Source: an uncultured Steroidobacteraceae bacterium (lineage in GTDB: Bacteria > Pseudomonadota > Gammaproteobacteria > Steroidobacterales > Steroidobacteraceae). Taken from it: DNA of 52,436 bases. Shown here piece by piece: positions 28,142 to 36,497 of this stretch. The notes beneath the pieces are model-generated. The model ran no database searches, had not been told where the DNA came from, and saw only the letters and a list, made by a program, of their open reading frames with translations. The translations under genes were made by a program, and so were the position numbers. Position 1 is the first letter of the stretch, and the number at the start of each line of letters is the position of its first letter. The stretch lies in contig CAYWDZ010000002.1 of NCBI GenBank assembly GCA_964456255.1, forward strand, positions 1 to 52,436. Reading direction: 5' to 3'.

Positions 28142-28464
28142 CCAGCTGCCGGTGTTCGACAGCAGTGCTGCCGTCCACAGCAGCGCGAAGTCGCGGTAGC
28201 GGAACGGACTCCAGGCGTCGGAGGACTGCGGCAGAAGGCTATGCCCCGATCAACCTGTCTTCATCGGCCGCAGGAGTGCCGGATGGACCACCGCCGCAGC
28301 AATGGCCGGTGAAACCGCTTGCTCCATGATTCACCCCCGTGACTCGATCTGGTGCCGAGTATAGGACCCGGCACAGAATCGTGGCGCCCCGGATGATTTC
28401 GCGTCGGGCCCTGAGGTGCGCAGTGGCCCGGGCAGGCGTAGCCTGTCCGTAACCGGAGGGAATC

Positions 28465-29205
28465 ATGGACACAAATTCTGACCGACGCGCTTTACTGCAA
28501 GGCCTCGCCCTGATGGGTGCCAGCGCTGCCCTTGCCGAGTCGGCTCAAGCCGCCGCGGCAACCGCGGACACTCCCCGGGTTGCGGCACCGAGCTTCAGCG
28601 CCAGCACCACGCCGAAGCCATTGCCATTCGACCCAACGAAGCTGGACGGGCTGTCCGAGAAGCTGATCCGCTCGCACTGGGAGAACAACTATGGCGGGTC
28701 CGTGCGCACCCTCGCAGCTGTTCAGGCCAGGCTCGTGGAAGCACTTGCCTCGCCCGATACGCCGGCCTGGCTCTACAACGACATCAAGCGCGAGCACCTG
28801 GTTCGCACCGGCTCCGTTGTCCTGCACGAGTACTACTTCGACAACCTGGGCGGCGCGGGCAAGGCCGGAGCTTCGACGCGCGGCGCGCTGGGGCAAGCCT
28901 TCGGCACCTTCGACAACTGGGAAACCGAGTACCGGCGCATCGCAGCCGGCCTGGGTGGTGGATCGGGATGGGTGGTTCTCGGGTTCAACGTGCACACCCG
29001 CCAGATGGAAAACTACTGGATGGCCGACCATGCACATGCACCGGCTGCGACCTTGCCACTGCTCGTACTCGACATGTACGAGCACTCCTACCAGATGGAT
29101 TACGGCGCCGCGACAGCGCGCTATGTCGACGCGTTCTTCAGGAACATCCAGTGGGATGCGGTTGAATCGCGGCTCGCCAAGGCGCTGAAGACCGAGGCCA
29201 CGTAG
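28465..29205 (+). CDS. Fe/Mn superoxide dismutase family protein with a Tat signal
   Basis: Twin-arginine motif DRRALLQG. The C-terminal domain has LLVLDMYEHSYQMDY (D and H ligands) and there is a central VVLHEYYF. The N-terminal His motif is atypical. Confidence 0.78.
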   Translation: MDTNSDRRALLQGLALMGASAALAESAQAAAATADTPRVAAPSFSASTTPKPLPFDPTKLDGLSEKLIRSHWENNYGGSVRTLAAVQARLVEALASPDTPAWLYNDIKREHLVRTGSVVLHEYYFDNLGGAGKAGASTRGALGQAFGTFDNWETEYRRIAAGLGGGSGWVVLGFNVHTRQMENYWMADHAHAPAATLPLLVLDMYEHSYQMDYGAATARYVDAFFRNIQWDAVESRLAKALKTEAT

Positions 29206-29220
29206 CCACCGTGCAAGAGA

Positions 29221-29296
<76 letters not shown>

Positions 29297-29357
29297 TCTC
29301 GCGGGGCGCGTATTAGACGTTGCGGCCCTTCGGGGCGTCAAGGCCGGCCATCCCGGA

Positions 29358-29630
29358 TCAGGATGCCGGAGCCTGAAAATCCCTGGGTTTTTCGGAGCCG
29401 GGCCCGAAAAAATACTTTTCCATCTCCGCCTCCAGGAACTTGCGTGCCTTGGGTTCCACCAGCGTGAGGCGGTATTCGTTGATCAGCATGGTCTGGTGCT
29501 TGAGCCACCCCGCCCAGGCCTCGGCCGACACCTGCTCGAAGATCCTCTGCCCCAGAGCGCCCGGGTAGGGCGCGCGCTCCAGGCCTGGAGCCTCGCGCTT
29601 GAGCAACACGCAATTCACGGTACGGGTCAT
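29358..29630 (-). CDS. yggX: oxidative damage protection / Fe(2+)-trafficking protein YggX
   Basis: 90 aa, [55 protein letters not shown]. It overlaps mutY by 4 nt. Confidence 0.88.
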   Translation of the reverse strand: MTRTVNCVLLKREAPGLERAPYPGALGQRIFEQVSAEAWAGWLKHQTMLINEYRLTLVEPKARKFLEAEMEKYFFGPGSEKPRDFQAPAS

Positions 29631-30667
29631 GGCGGTGGATTCTTCAGCAGTTCGGCCACGGGTTGGGGCAGCCCGACGCGGGCCGGACGCGCGGCGTTAT
29701 ACCACATGCCCGCGCCCTGCTCGGCAACGCCCGGAGCGCCATTGACGGTGGTCCACAGCGGATGGATCTTCAGGTCGAAGTGCGTGAACACGTGCAGCAA
29801 TGGCTCACCCTCGCGCAATCCGCATGAACGCCCCAGCACGGTCTCGGCCTCGGCACGTGAGGCGAACTCAGGTGGTGACCACAACCCGCCCCACACACCG
29901 CTGGGTGGACGCTGCACCAGATGCACGCTGCCATCGGGAGCCTGCGCGAACAACATCCAGGTCTCGCGCGCCGTGCGCTTCAGCGGCTTCCTGGGAGCCG
30001 GGTAGTCCGCTTGCGTGCCGGCTGCGTGCGCCGCGCAGTCGCCTGCGAGCGGGCACTCGCCGCAGCGTGGCTTGCGCCGCGTGCACAGTGTGGCGCCCAG
30101 ATCCATGATGGCCTGCGTGTACTGCGCCGCGCGCGTCGTCGGCGTCTGTTCGGTGGCGATGCGCCACAGTTCGTTCTCGAAGGCACGCTCACCGCTGCGC
30201 CCGGGCACTGCACGCAGTCGCGACAGCACGCGCCGCACATTGCCATCGAGGATGGGATGCGGCTCATCACGCGACAACGCCAGGATGGCGCCCGCTGTCG
30301 AGCGGCCAATGCCCGGCAATGACGCCACACTGGCGAATTCCGTGGGGAATTCACCGCCATGCTGCGCGACGACGAGCTGCGCTGCGCGCTGCAGGTTGCG
30401 TGCGCGCGCGTAATAGCCAAGCCCCGACCAGTGATGCAGCACTTCATCTGCCGGCGCGGCCGCGAGCGAGCCCACATCGGGGAACCGCGCCATGAAGCGC
30501 TCGAAATAGGGAATCACCGCAGCGACCTGCGTTTGCTGCAGCATCACTTCGGAAATCCACACGCGATACGGCGTGGGCTCGCGCTGCCAGGGCAGGTCGT
30601 GCCGCCCGGACTTCCCGTGCCAGGCGATGAGCCGCGAGGCGATCAGACCGCCGGCGGTCCGTGCCAT
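29627..30667 (-). CDS. mutY: A/G-specific adenine glycosylase
   Basis: Motifs: [24 protein letters not shown], an HhH-GPD region, the Fe-S cluster [17 protein letters not shown], and a NUDIX-like C-terminus. Confidence 0.92.
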   Translation of the reverse strand: MARTAGGLIASRLIAWHGKSGRHDLPWQREPTPYRVWISEVMLQQTQVAAVIPYFERFMARFPDVGSLAAAPADEVLHHWSGLGYYARARNLQRAAQLVVAQHGGEFPTEFASVASLPGIGRSTAGAILALSRDEPHPILDGNVRRVLSRLRAVPGRSGERAFENELWRIATEQTPTTRAAQYTQAIMDLGATLCTRRKPRCGECPLAGDCAAHAAGTQADYPAPRKPLKRTARETWMLFAQAPDGSVHLVQRPPSGVWGGLWSPPEFASRAEAETVLGRSCGLREGEPLLHVFTHFDLKIHPLWTTVNGAPGVAEQGAGMWYNAARPARVGLPQPVAELLKNPPP

Positions 30668-31305
30668 TTGATTGCGTACTGCACCAGCTGCGCGTTGGTG
30701 TCGAGCGAGAGCTTGCGCTTGATGGTCAGCCGGTGGGTTTCAACGGTCTTGATCGACAGCGACAGGCGCTCGGCGATCTCGCGTGTGCCCAGGCCCAGGC
30801 CGATGAGACTGATGACCTGCAGCTCGCGGGCCGAGAGCCGGTCACCCTGATCGCCTGCCGTGGTGCCGCGCTCGGCAATGTGGTGCTTGAGGGTGTCGCT
30901 CATGAAACGCTCGCCGCGCAGCACCGCGCGGATGGCCGTGACCAGCTGCTCGGTGGCGGCCTGCTTCATGATGTAGCCCGACGCGCCCTGCGCGAACAAT
31001 CGATCGGCGTAGACGGTTTCATCGTGCATGGAGAGCACGAGGATGGGCAACTGCGGAAAATGCGCGTGCGCGTCGCGCACGATGTTGAAGCCATCACCTC
31101 CCGCGCCCAGCGAGATATCCACCACCAGGACATGGGGCTGCAACTCGCGCAGCAAGCGCCGCGCGGACTGCTCGTTCTCGGCCTCGCCGCAGACGGTCAG
31201 GTCCGGCTCGGCATTGATCACCAGCGTGATGCCCTGGCGTACCACCGGGTGGTCGTCCACAACCAGCACGCGGTGCAGATCATGTTGCGATTCGGCTTGC
31301 GTCAT
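30643..31305 (-). CDS. NarL/LuxR-family response regulator
   Basis: The receiver domain has VLVVDDHPVV and acceptor Asp in VLVVDISLG. The C-terminus is a LuxR HTH (LSARELQVISLIGLGLGTREIAERLSLSIKTVETHR). No kinase gene is adjacent. Confidence 0.88.
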   Translation of the reverse strand: MTQAESQHDLHRVLVVDDHPVVRQGITLVINAEPDLTVCGEAENEQSARRLLRELQPHVLVVDISLGAGGDGFNIVRDAHAHFPQLPILVLSMHDETVYADRLFAQGASGYIMKQAATEQLVTAIRAVLRGERFMSDTLKHHIAERGTTAGDQGDRLSARELQVISLIGLGLGTREIAERLSLSIKTVETHRLTIKRKLSLDTNAQLVQYAIKWHGPPAV

Positions 31306-31381
31306 CTTCAGGCGGCGCAGGGCCCTCCTTGACCTGCCGCCATCATACGCCCGGAGGCAGACTGCGCCTCAATGATCGGCT

Positions 31382-32290
31382 CTAGAGCGAGACCGTGAAG
31401 TCGCCGTCCCTGTCGTTGATCTCGAACCGCCCGTTCTGCACGGCAGAAGCCCATCTGGTGGTCTTGAGGAAGCCACCAAAGGCAAACAGGTGCACGGACT
31501 CGAAATCCGAGCCACCCCGGCTCTTTGCCGCCGCCAGCTGCGTGACCACTTCCTCCGGCCCGCTGTCCTTCAACAGTCCCGCGATCAGGCTGGCCTTGCC
31601 GCTGGTCAGGGCACGGATCGACGCGCCTGCGCCACAGATCTTGGCGTAACGCAGCAGCGTCTTGATGCTCGCCGGGCCACCCAGGCCCGGGCGGATGGTG
31701 TTGGTGATGCCATTGGCACGCATGATCTTTTCCCAGCCGATGATGGGCTCGGACTCGAAGCACACCTGCGTGGTGAACTTCAGCTCGAAACCCAGCTCCT
31801 TCGAGAGCGCAACCTTGCGCGCCTCGAACTGGCGCTGCTGGTCCACCGTCATGTGCGCATGGCCCTCGGGATGCCCGGCCATGTAGATGGTCTTGATGCC
31901 GGCACGGGTCAGCTCACCCGTTTCCAGCACGCCGATGGTCGAATCGAATGCGCCTTCCGGCGCAGGCATGTCGCCGGCGATCAGCAACATGCGGGTGGCC
32001 CCGGCTTCCTGAGTGAGCTTGTGCGCGATCGCTGCCACTTCGGCGCGATCCTTGATACGGCGGGCAGGTACATGCGGCACCGGGTTCAGGCCCGCTTCCT
32101 TCACGGCCTTCGCGGCAACCTTCAGGTCATCCCAGGTCTGGTTCGGAAACAGCGCGATGAAGATGTCCGTTCCCCTGGGCACCAGCGTGGCGGCTTCGGG
32201 CAGCGCCTCGGTGTCCTTGCAGGTCATCTCGATCGAGGCATTGTTCAGCAGCGCGCGGATCTCGCTGGCAGTAGCAGTGGTCACGGTCAT
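31382..32290 (-). CDS. methylenetetrahydrofolate-reductase-fold protein, divergent
   Basis: MTHFR-like motifs: LLIAGD, MAGHPEGHAHM, TQVCFESEPIIGW, IRPGLGGPASIKTLLRYAKICG. The canonical N-terminal FEFFPP motif is absent. The ATG at 32290 overlaps the upstream gene's TGA (ATGA). The track used the TTG at 32296. Confidence 0.7.
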   Translation of the reverse strand: MTVTTATASEIRALLNNASIEMTCKDTEALPEAATLVPRGTDIFIALFPNQTWDDLKVAAKAVKEAGLNPVPHVPARRIKDRAEVAAIAHKLTQEAGATRMLLIAGDMPAPEGAFDSTIGVLETGELTRAGIKTIYMAGHPEGHAHMTVDQQRQFEARKVALSKELGFELKFTTQVCFESEPIIGWEKIMRANGITNTIRPGLGGPASIKTLLRYAKICGAGASIRALTSGKASLIAGLLKDSGPEEVVTQLAAAKSRGGSDFESVHLFAFGGFLKTTRWASAVQNGRFEINDRDGDFTVSL

Positions 32291-34452
32291 GAGCAACGAG
32301 TCTCCCTGAAGATCTTCACAAACAGCAGCGCTGCGAGCAGCACCAGCAGCAACCAGGACAATTCTCCACCGCCGATGATTTCACCGCCGTCGATGGTCGT
32401 CAGCGGCGGTGCGCTCGCGTCGATCGCAACGAACGCATTGTGGATGACGCCGCTCGCGTCGGCACAGGCCAGCCCGTACACGTACGTGGTATCAACGAAT
32501 GGCGTGACGGTCTGGGTTCCCGATATCGGTGTGATATGCGCCGGATCGTTCACGTCCACGGGCTCATTCCAGGCGCCAAACTTGTCACAGGTCACGGCAG
32601 CGGGTGCGTTCCAGGTGATCTGGATTGGCAGGTCGACGAGCGTTTCCCTCTGGGATACCGTCAATTCGACTGGCAGCCCGCCGCCCGCATCTTCCTCGAG
32701 CTTGAACAGGATTCCGGCGCTGTTGATGGCGTCCGAGTACGTCACGCCATACAGCGAGCCATTGGCAAACAGCACACCGGAATACGGGTTGTAGCCACCG
32801 GCGGAAGTACTCAGGGCCGTGGCGCTCGAAAATGCATGCACCAGCGTGGCAGTGCCGTCCGGCGCAACCTTCCAGACCGCACCGTTATCTGCGTAACCGC
32901 CACGCTCGGATGTGCCATACAGACTTCCATCCGGGCCCAGCACCGGCACGACGAGCGGAAAGCCGCCGTCAAAGGCCCAGCCCTGGAACGCATGCAGGAC
33001 CGTTACCTCGGCCGTGTTGCCGATCATCTCGAACCGGTACAAGGTGCCATTGCCACCTGAGCCACCCTGATAGGCGGTGCCATAGAACGAGCCATCAGCC
33101 GCGCGCAACAGCCCCGAGCGCGGATTCGCACCCGTCGCATTGATCGCATATCCGTAGATGTTGAACCCGCTCAAACTGGGGAAGGAATACAGCAGCTGGA
33201 ACTCGCCCGCTGTGGAAATGCGATAGATGACACCACGATTGCTGCTGCCGCCCAGCATCGTGGTGCCATACAGCTGGCCATCGGAGCCCAGGGCCAGTCG
33301 ACCTTGCGGATCCTGACCATCCGGGCCCTCGAAGGTGTGCAGAAGCTCATACGTCCCGGTGGTACTGATGCGGAAGATTGCGCCCTTGTTGGGTGCGCCA
33401 CCGATACGCACCGTCCCGTAGAGCTTGCCGTCGCCGGCCTCGACCAACCCGGTATAAGGCCACCTCGGGTCATCGTCCTTGGCGGTGAACGCGTGCAGCT
33501 GCGTGAATTCTCCGGCCAGCGTCAGCTTGAACACCGTGCCGGCGCCATCCTCGCCACCCAGGTAGGTCGTGCCATACAGATTGCCGTCACTGGCCTGCAT
33601 GAGGCTGCCGAAGGGCAGGACGCCCTCTTCCGCAGTGGCAAACGAATAAAGCACGCTCAGGGTGCCATCCGGGCGCAGGCGGCTCACGGTGCCGCCACTA
33701 TTGCCGCCCCCGCTGGAGGCAAAGTAGATATTGCCGTCGGTGGCGAGCATGAGGTCGCTGCGCACGGCTCGCGGCCACTGATCTATGCCGGCGGGAAAGG
33801 TGTAGGTCAGTGCGTCGACCGGTGCAGCCGGCATACTCGCGGCGCGCTGGAAGAGAATTGCCGTGGCAAAAGTCGGGTTCGTGCCGCAGCCTGACGCCAG
33901 CTGCACTGGAGAACTGAATGTGGTTGCCGGGATGGTGCCAGTGCCCGACGCATTCAATGCCGTCGCTGCAATGGCCCAGCAGGGATTTGCGTCTGCTGCG
34001 GGCCGGGTCTGGGACCAGCCGTTGAGAGTGCCGCCGCTCAGCGACTCGGTGGCAAACGTGTAGGTGAACGTTCCCGAGGGAGCCGCGGGCGCGGCTACGC
34101 CGCCCTGATACAGGAACACGACAGCTCTGCCTGGCAGCGCCACACCAGGGGCACCATTCTCAGCCACCACCGCTGGCACCGACCATTCGGCAGCAGCAAC
34201 GCTGTCCGTATCTTCAGTGCTGCTGGCCGTCGCCAGAGTCACATAGAGCGGATTGCCATCCGGAGCCGGCGGGGATCGCTGCCAGTTGCCGAGCGCGCCC
34301 GACAGCACTCCGTTCGGAGCGGCCATGGTCGCGACGATCACGTCATTCGCGCTCTGGGTACGCTGTGCGGCTGCAACCGGTTGAACACCCGCGCAGAGTG
34401 AGACGAGGAGCAGCACAACGGCAACAGGCCGCAGGCGGTGTGAAATCTGCAT
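32287..34452 (-). CDS. secreted multi-domain protein: signal peptide, duplicated N-terminal modules, seven GloVer-type repeats, Ig-like domain, GlyGly-CTERM-like anchor
   Basis: 721 aa. Signal peptide ends ...QPVAAA/Q. Repeats carry the core DGxLYGTTxxGGxxxxGxxF+. The C-terminus GGEIIGGGELSWLLLVLLAALLFVKIFRETRCS is Gly-Gly, a TM helix and a basic patch. Confidence 0.82.
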   Translation of the reverse strand: MQISHRLRPVAVVLLLVSLCAGVQPVAAAQRTQSANDVIVATMAAPNGVLSGALGNWQRSPPAPDGNPLYVTLATASSTEDTDSVAAAEWSVPAVVAENGAPGVALPGRAVVFLYQGGVAAPAAPSGTFTYTFATESLSGGTLNGWSQTRPAADANPCWAIAATALNASGTGTIPATTFSSPVQLASGCGTNPTFATAILFQRAASMPAAPVDALTYTFPAGIDQWPRAVRSDLMLATDGNIYFASSGGGNSGGTVSRLRPDGTLSVLYSFATAEEGVLPFGSLMQASDGNLYGTTYLGGEDGAGTVFKLTLAGEFTQLHAFTAKDDDPRWPYTGLVEAGDGKLYGTVRIGGAPNKGAIFRISTTGTYELLHTFEGPDGQDPQGRLALGSDGQLYGTTMLGGSSNRGVIYRISTAGEFQLLYSFPSLSGFNIYGYAINATGANPRSGLLRAADGSFYGTAYQGGSGGNGTLYRFEMIGNTAEVTVLHAFQGWAFDGGFPLVVPVLGPDGSLYGTSERGGYADNGAVWKVAPDGTATLVHAFSSATALSTSAGGYNPYSGVLFANGSLYGVTYSDAINSAGILFKLEEDAGGGLPVELTVSQRETLVDLPIQITWNAPAAVTCDKFGAWNEPVDVNDPAHITPISGTQTVTPFVDTTYVYGLACADASGVIHNAFVAIDASAPPLTTIDGGEIIGGGELSWLLLVLLAALLFVKIFRETRCS
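32689..33774 (-). repeat. seven tandem protein-level repeats of about 50 aa (GloVer / 'choice-of-anchor' type), a likely beta-propeller
   Basis: aa 227-588. Repeat cores: ATDGNIYFASSGGGNSGGTVSRL, ASDGNLYGTTYLGGEDGAGTVFKL, AGDGKLYGTVRIGGAPNKGAIFRI, GSDGQLYGTTMLGGSSNRGVIYRI, AADGSFYGTAYQGGSGGNGTLYRF, GPDGSLYGTSERGGYADNGAVWKV, FANGSLYGVTYSDAINSAGILFKL. Confidence 0.8.
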
Positions 34453-34481
34453 GAATTTACCGCTTACCCACAGGGCGCGGC

Positions 34482-34511
34482 ATTACAGCACAGCCAGGGC
34501 GGATCCGTGAA
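34482..34511 (-). promoter_or_regulatory. possible sigma70 promoter for the repeat-protein gene
   Basis: On the minus strand: TTCACG, 18 nt, then TGcTGTAAT (extended -10). It lies about 30 nt upstream of the ATG at 34452, inside the 91-bp gap after the ABC permease gene. Confidence 0.3.
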
Positions 34512-34543
34512 GCGCCGTGCCGGCTTGCTGAACGGGGGCTGAA

Positions 34544-35830
34544 TTATTCGTAACGCAGGGCGTCTATTGGCGTCAGATTGGCAGCCTTGCTTGCCGGCAG
34601 GATGCCGAAAATCATGCCGATAAACATCGAAAACAGGCTCGATCCGGCCACCGCCCACCAGGGCACTGTTGGCGGCGGGAAATTCGGTATCAATGCCGCG
34701 ACTCCATAGGCGAGCGCAAAGCCGATGATCATGCCGATGACGCCGCCGATCACGGCCAGCACCATTGCCTCGATCAGAAACTGCAGCAGTATGAAGCGCC
34801 GTGGCGCACCCAGGGCCTTGGCGATGCCGATCTCGCGGGTACGTTCAGTGACTGACACCAGCATGATGTTCATGATGCCGATGCCGCCAACCAGCAGCGA
34901 AATACCGACGATGCCGGCCACGACGGCCGTGATCGTGCCCATGATCGTCGCGAAGGTCTTCAGGAACGAATCCGATGCCTGCACGCGGAAATCGTCGGGT
35001 TCGTCCTTCTCGATGCCGTGCGCACGGCGGATCACCGCGCCCACCTGCTGCCGCACGGTCTCGACCGCGTCCTGATCATCCACGACAAAGGTGATCTGGA
35101 TGTTGGGCCGAACCTGCTCGGTGCTGTAGGTCAGCGCAGTCTGGTAGGGCATCAGCAGGAACTGGTCGAGGTTCTGACCCATGATCGTGCCGCGCGATTC
35201 CATCACGCCCACGACCTTGAACCACTCGCGCCCGATCTGCACGAACTCGCCCTCCGGATGCTCCGGCAGGTCCAGGTCCTTGCGCATCTTGTCGCCCAGC
35301 ACCACCACGCGACGCCGGCTGTTGTCATCGCTGTTTGTCAGGAAGCGGCCGCTCGCCGGAAAAAGCTGTTGCACGTCCATCAGGGACTGCGTGGTGCCGA
35401 AGAACTGCCCCGCGGCGGTCTGGGAACCGTAGCTCACGGAATTCACGGGCACCGGCACGACCGGAGTGATGTGCGAAATGCCATCGACGCGGGCCTGCAG
35501 TTCATGCAGATCCTCCGCGCGCAGCCGGTTCTGCTTGCCGCGCAGCATGTCCTCGATCGGCGTGTAGGCCTCCAGGGTGAGCGTGCTCGCACCGAGGCCC
35601 GCAAACTGGTCGGTAATGGACTTGGTCAGGCCCTGCACCATCGCGATCACGCAGATCACGGAAGCCACGCCGATGATGATGCCGAGCATCGTGAGGAAAC
35701 TTCGCAGCCGGTGCGAACGGATGGCCGACACGGCCGAGCGCAGGCATTCCTGCAAGGCATAGAACAGCTTGCGCGATGTGCCGACGTCCTCGGGCAGCGC
35801 CGGTGCGTTGGTTGCAGGTGACTCAGCCAC
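34544..35830 (-). CDS. MacB-type ABC transporter permease (MacB periplasmic core domain plus FtsX)
   Basis: 428 aa. N-terminus LRSFLTMLGIIIGVASVI, a large periplasmic loop, and a C-terminal FtsX domain (ERTREIGIAKALGAPRRFILLQFLIEA). Confidence 0.88.
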   Translation of the reverse strand: MAESPATNAPALPEDVGTSRKLFYALQECLRSAVSAIRSHRLRSFLTMLGIIIGVASVICVIAMVQGLTKSITDQFAGLGASTLTLEAYTPIEDMLRGKQNRLRAEDLHELQARVDGISHITPVVPVPVNSVSYGSQTAAGQFFGTTQSLMDVQQLFPASGRFLTNSDDNSRRRVVVLGDKMRKDLDLPEHPEGEFVQIGREWFKVVGVMESRGTIMGQNLDQFLLMPYQTALTYSTEQVRPNIQITFVVDDQDAVETVRQQVGAVIRRAHGIEKDEPDDFRVQASDSFLKTFATIMGTITAVVAGIVGISLLVGGIGIMNIMLVSVTERTREIGIAKALGAPRRFILLQFLIEAMVLAVIGGVIGMIIGFALAYGVAALIPNFPPPTVPWWAVAGSSLFSMFIGMIFGILPASKAANLTPIDALRYE

Positions 35831-36497
35831 TCACGTCCTCCGCGATGCGTCCGTCATGCAGGCGCACCCGCCGGTGGCAGCGTGCCGCCACGTTCGGATC
35901 GTGCGTCACGATGACCACGGTCTGGCCTTCGGCATGCAGCTGCGCGAACAGGTCTAGGATCTCGGCCGCGGTGCGACTGTCGAGATTGCCGGTGGGTTCG
36001 TCGGCAAGCAGCAATTCAGGATGCCCCACCAGCGCCCGCGCCACCGCGACGCGCTGGCGCTGGCCGCCGGACATCTCGTTGGGCCGGTGCCGCATGCGAT
36101 CACCCAGGCCGACGCGTCCCAGTGCCGCCTCGGCGTGCTCACGGCGCATTGCCGGCGCGATGCCGCGGTAGATCAGGGGCTGCGCCACGTTGTCGATCGC
36201 TGTCATGCGCGGCATCAGGTAGAAGTTCTGGAACACGAAGCCGACCTTGCGATTGCGCACCGAAGCCAGCTGGTCCTCGTCCAGTCCCGCCACCTCCTCG
36301 CCATCCAGCACGTAGCGCCCCGAGGTCGGAGTGTCCAGGCAGCCGAGGATGTTCATCATCGTGGACTTGCCGGAACCCGAAGCGCCGGTCAGCGCGAGGA
36401 ATTCATTGCGTGCAATCGTCAGGTCAATGTCGCTCAGGGCCGGGTAGGCAATGCCTCCCAGCTGGTAGACCTTGGAGATGCCGATCAGCTCGATCAC
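35823..36497 (-). CDS. ABC transporter ATP-binding protein (MacB/LolD type)
   Basis: 224 aa. Walker A GASGSGKST, FVFQNFYL, signature MSGGQRQRVAVARAL, Walker B LLLADEPTGNLD. It overlaps the permease gene by 8 nt. Confidence 0.92.
   Translation of the reverse strand: MIELIGISKVYQLGGIAYPALSDIDLTIARNEFLALTGASGSGKSTMMNILGCLDTPTSGRYVLDGEEVAGLDEDQLASVRNRKVGFVFQNFYLMPRMTAIDNVAQPLIYRGIAPAMRREHAEAALGRVGLGDRMRHRPNEMSGGQRQRVAVARALVGHPELLLADEPTGNLDSRTAAEILDLFAQLHAEGQTVVIVTHDPNVAARCHRRVRLHDGRIAEDVSG

Noticed and set aside
28239-28472. 77-aa minus-strand ORF filling the MFS/SOD intergenic region
   Set aside because: It has no RBS and no recognisable fold or signal. Its start overlaps the SOD start region. 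I considered it as a frameshifted N-terminus of the MFS gene, but the MFS family N-terminus is already accounted for in the main frame.
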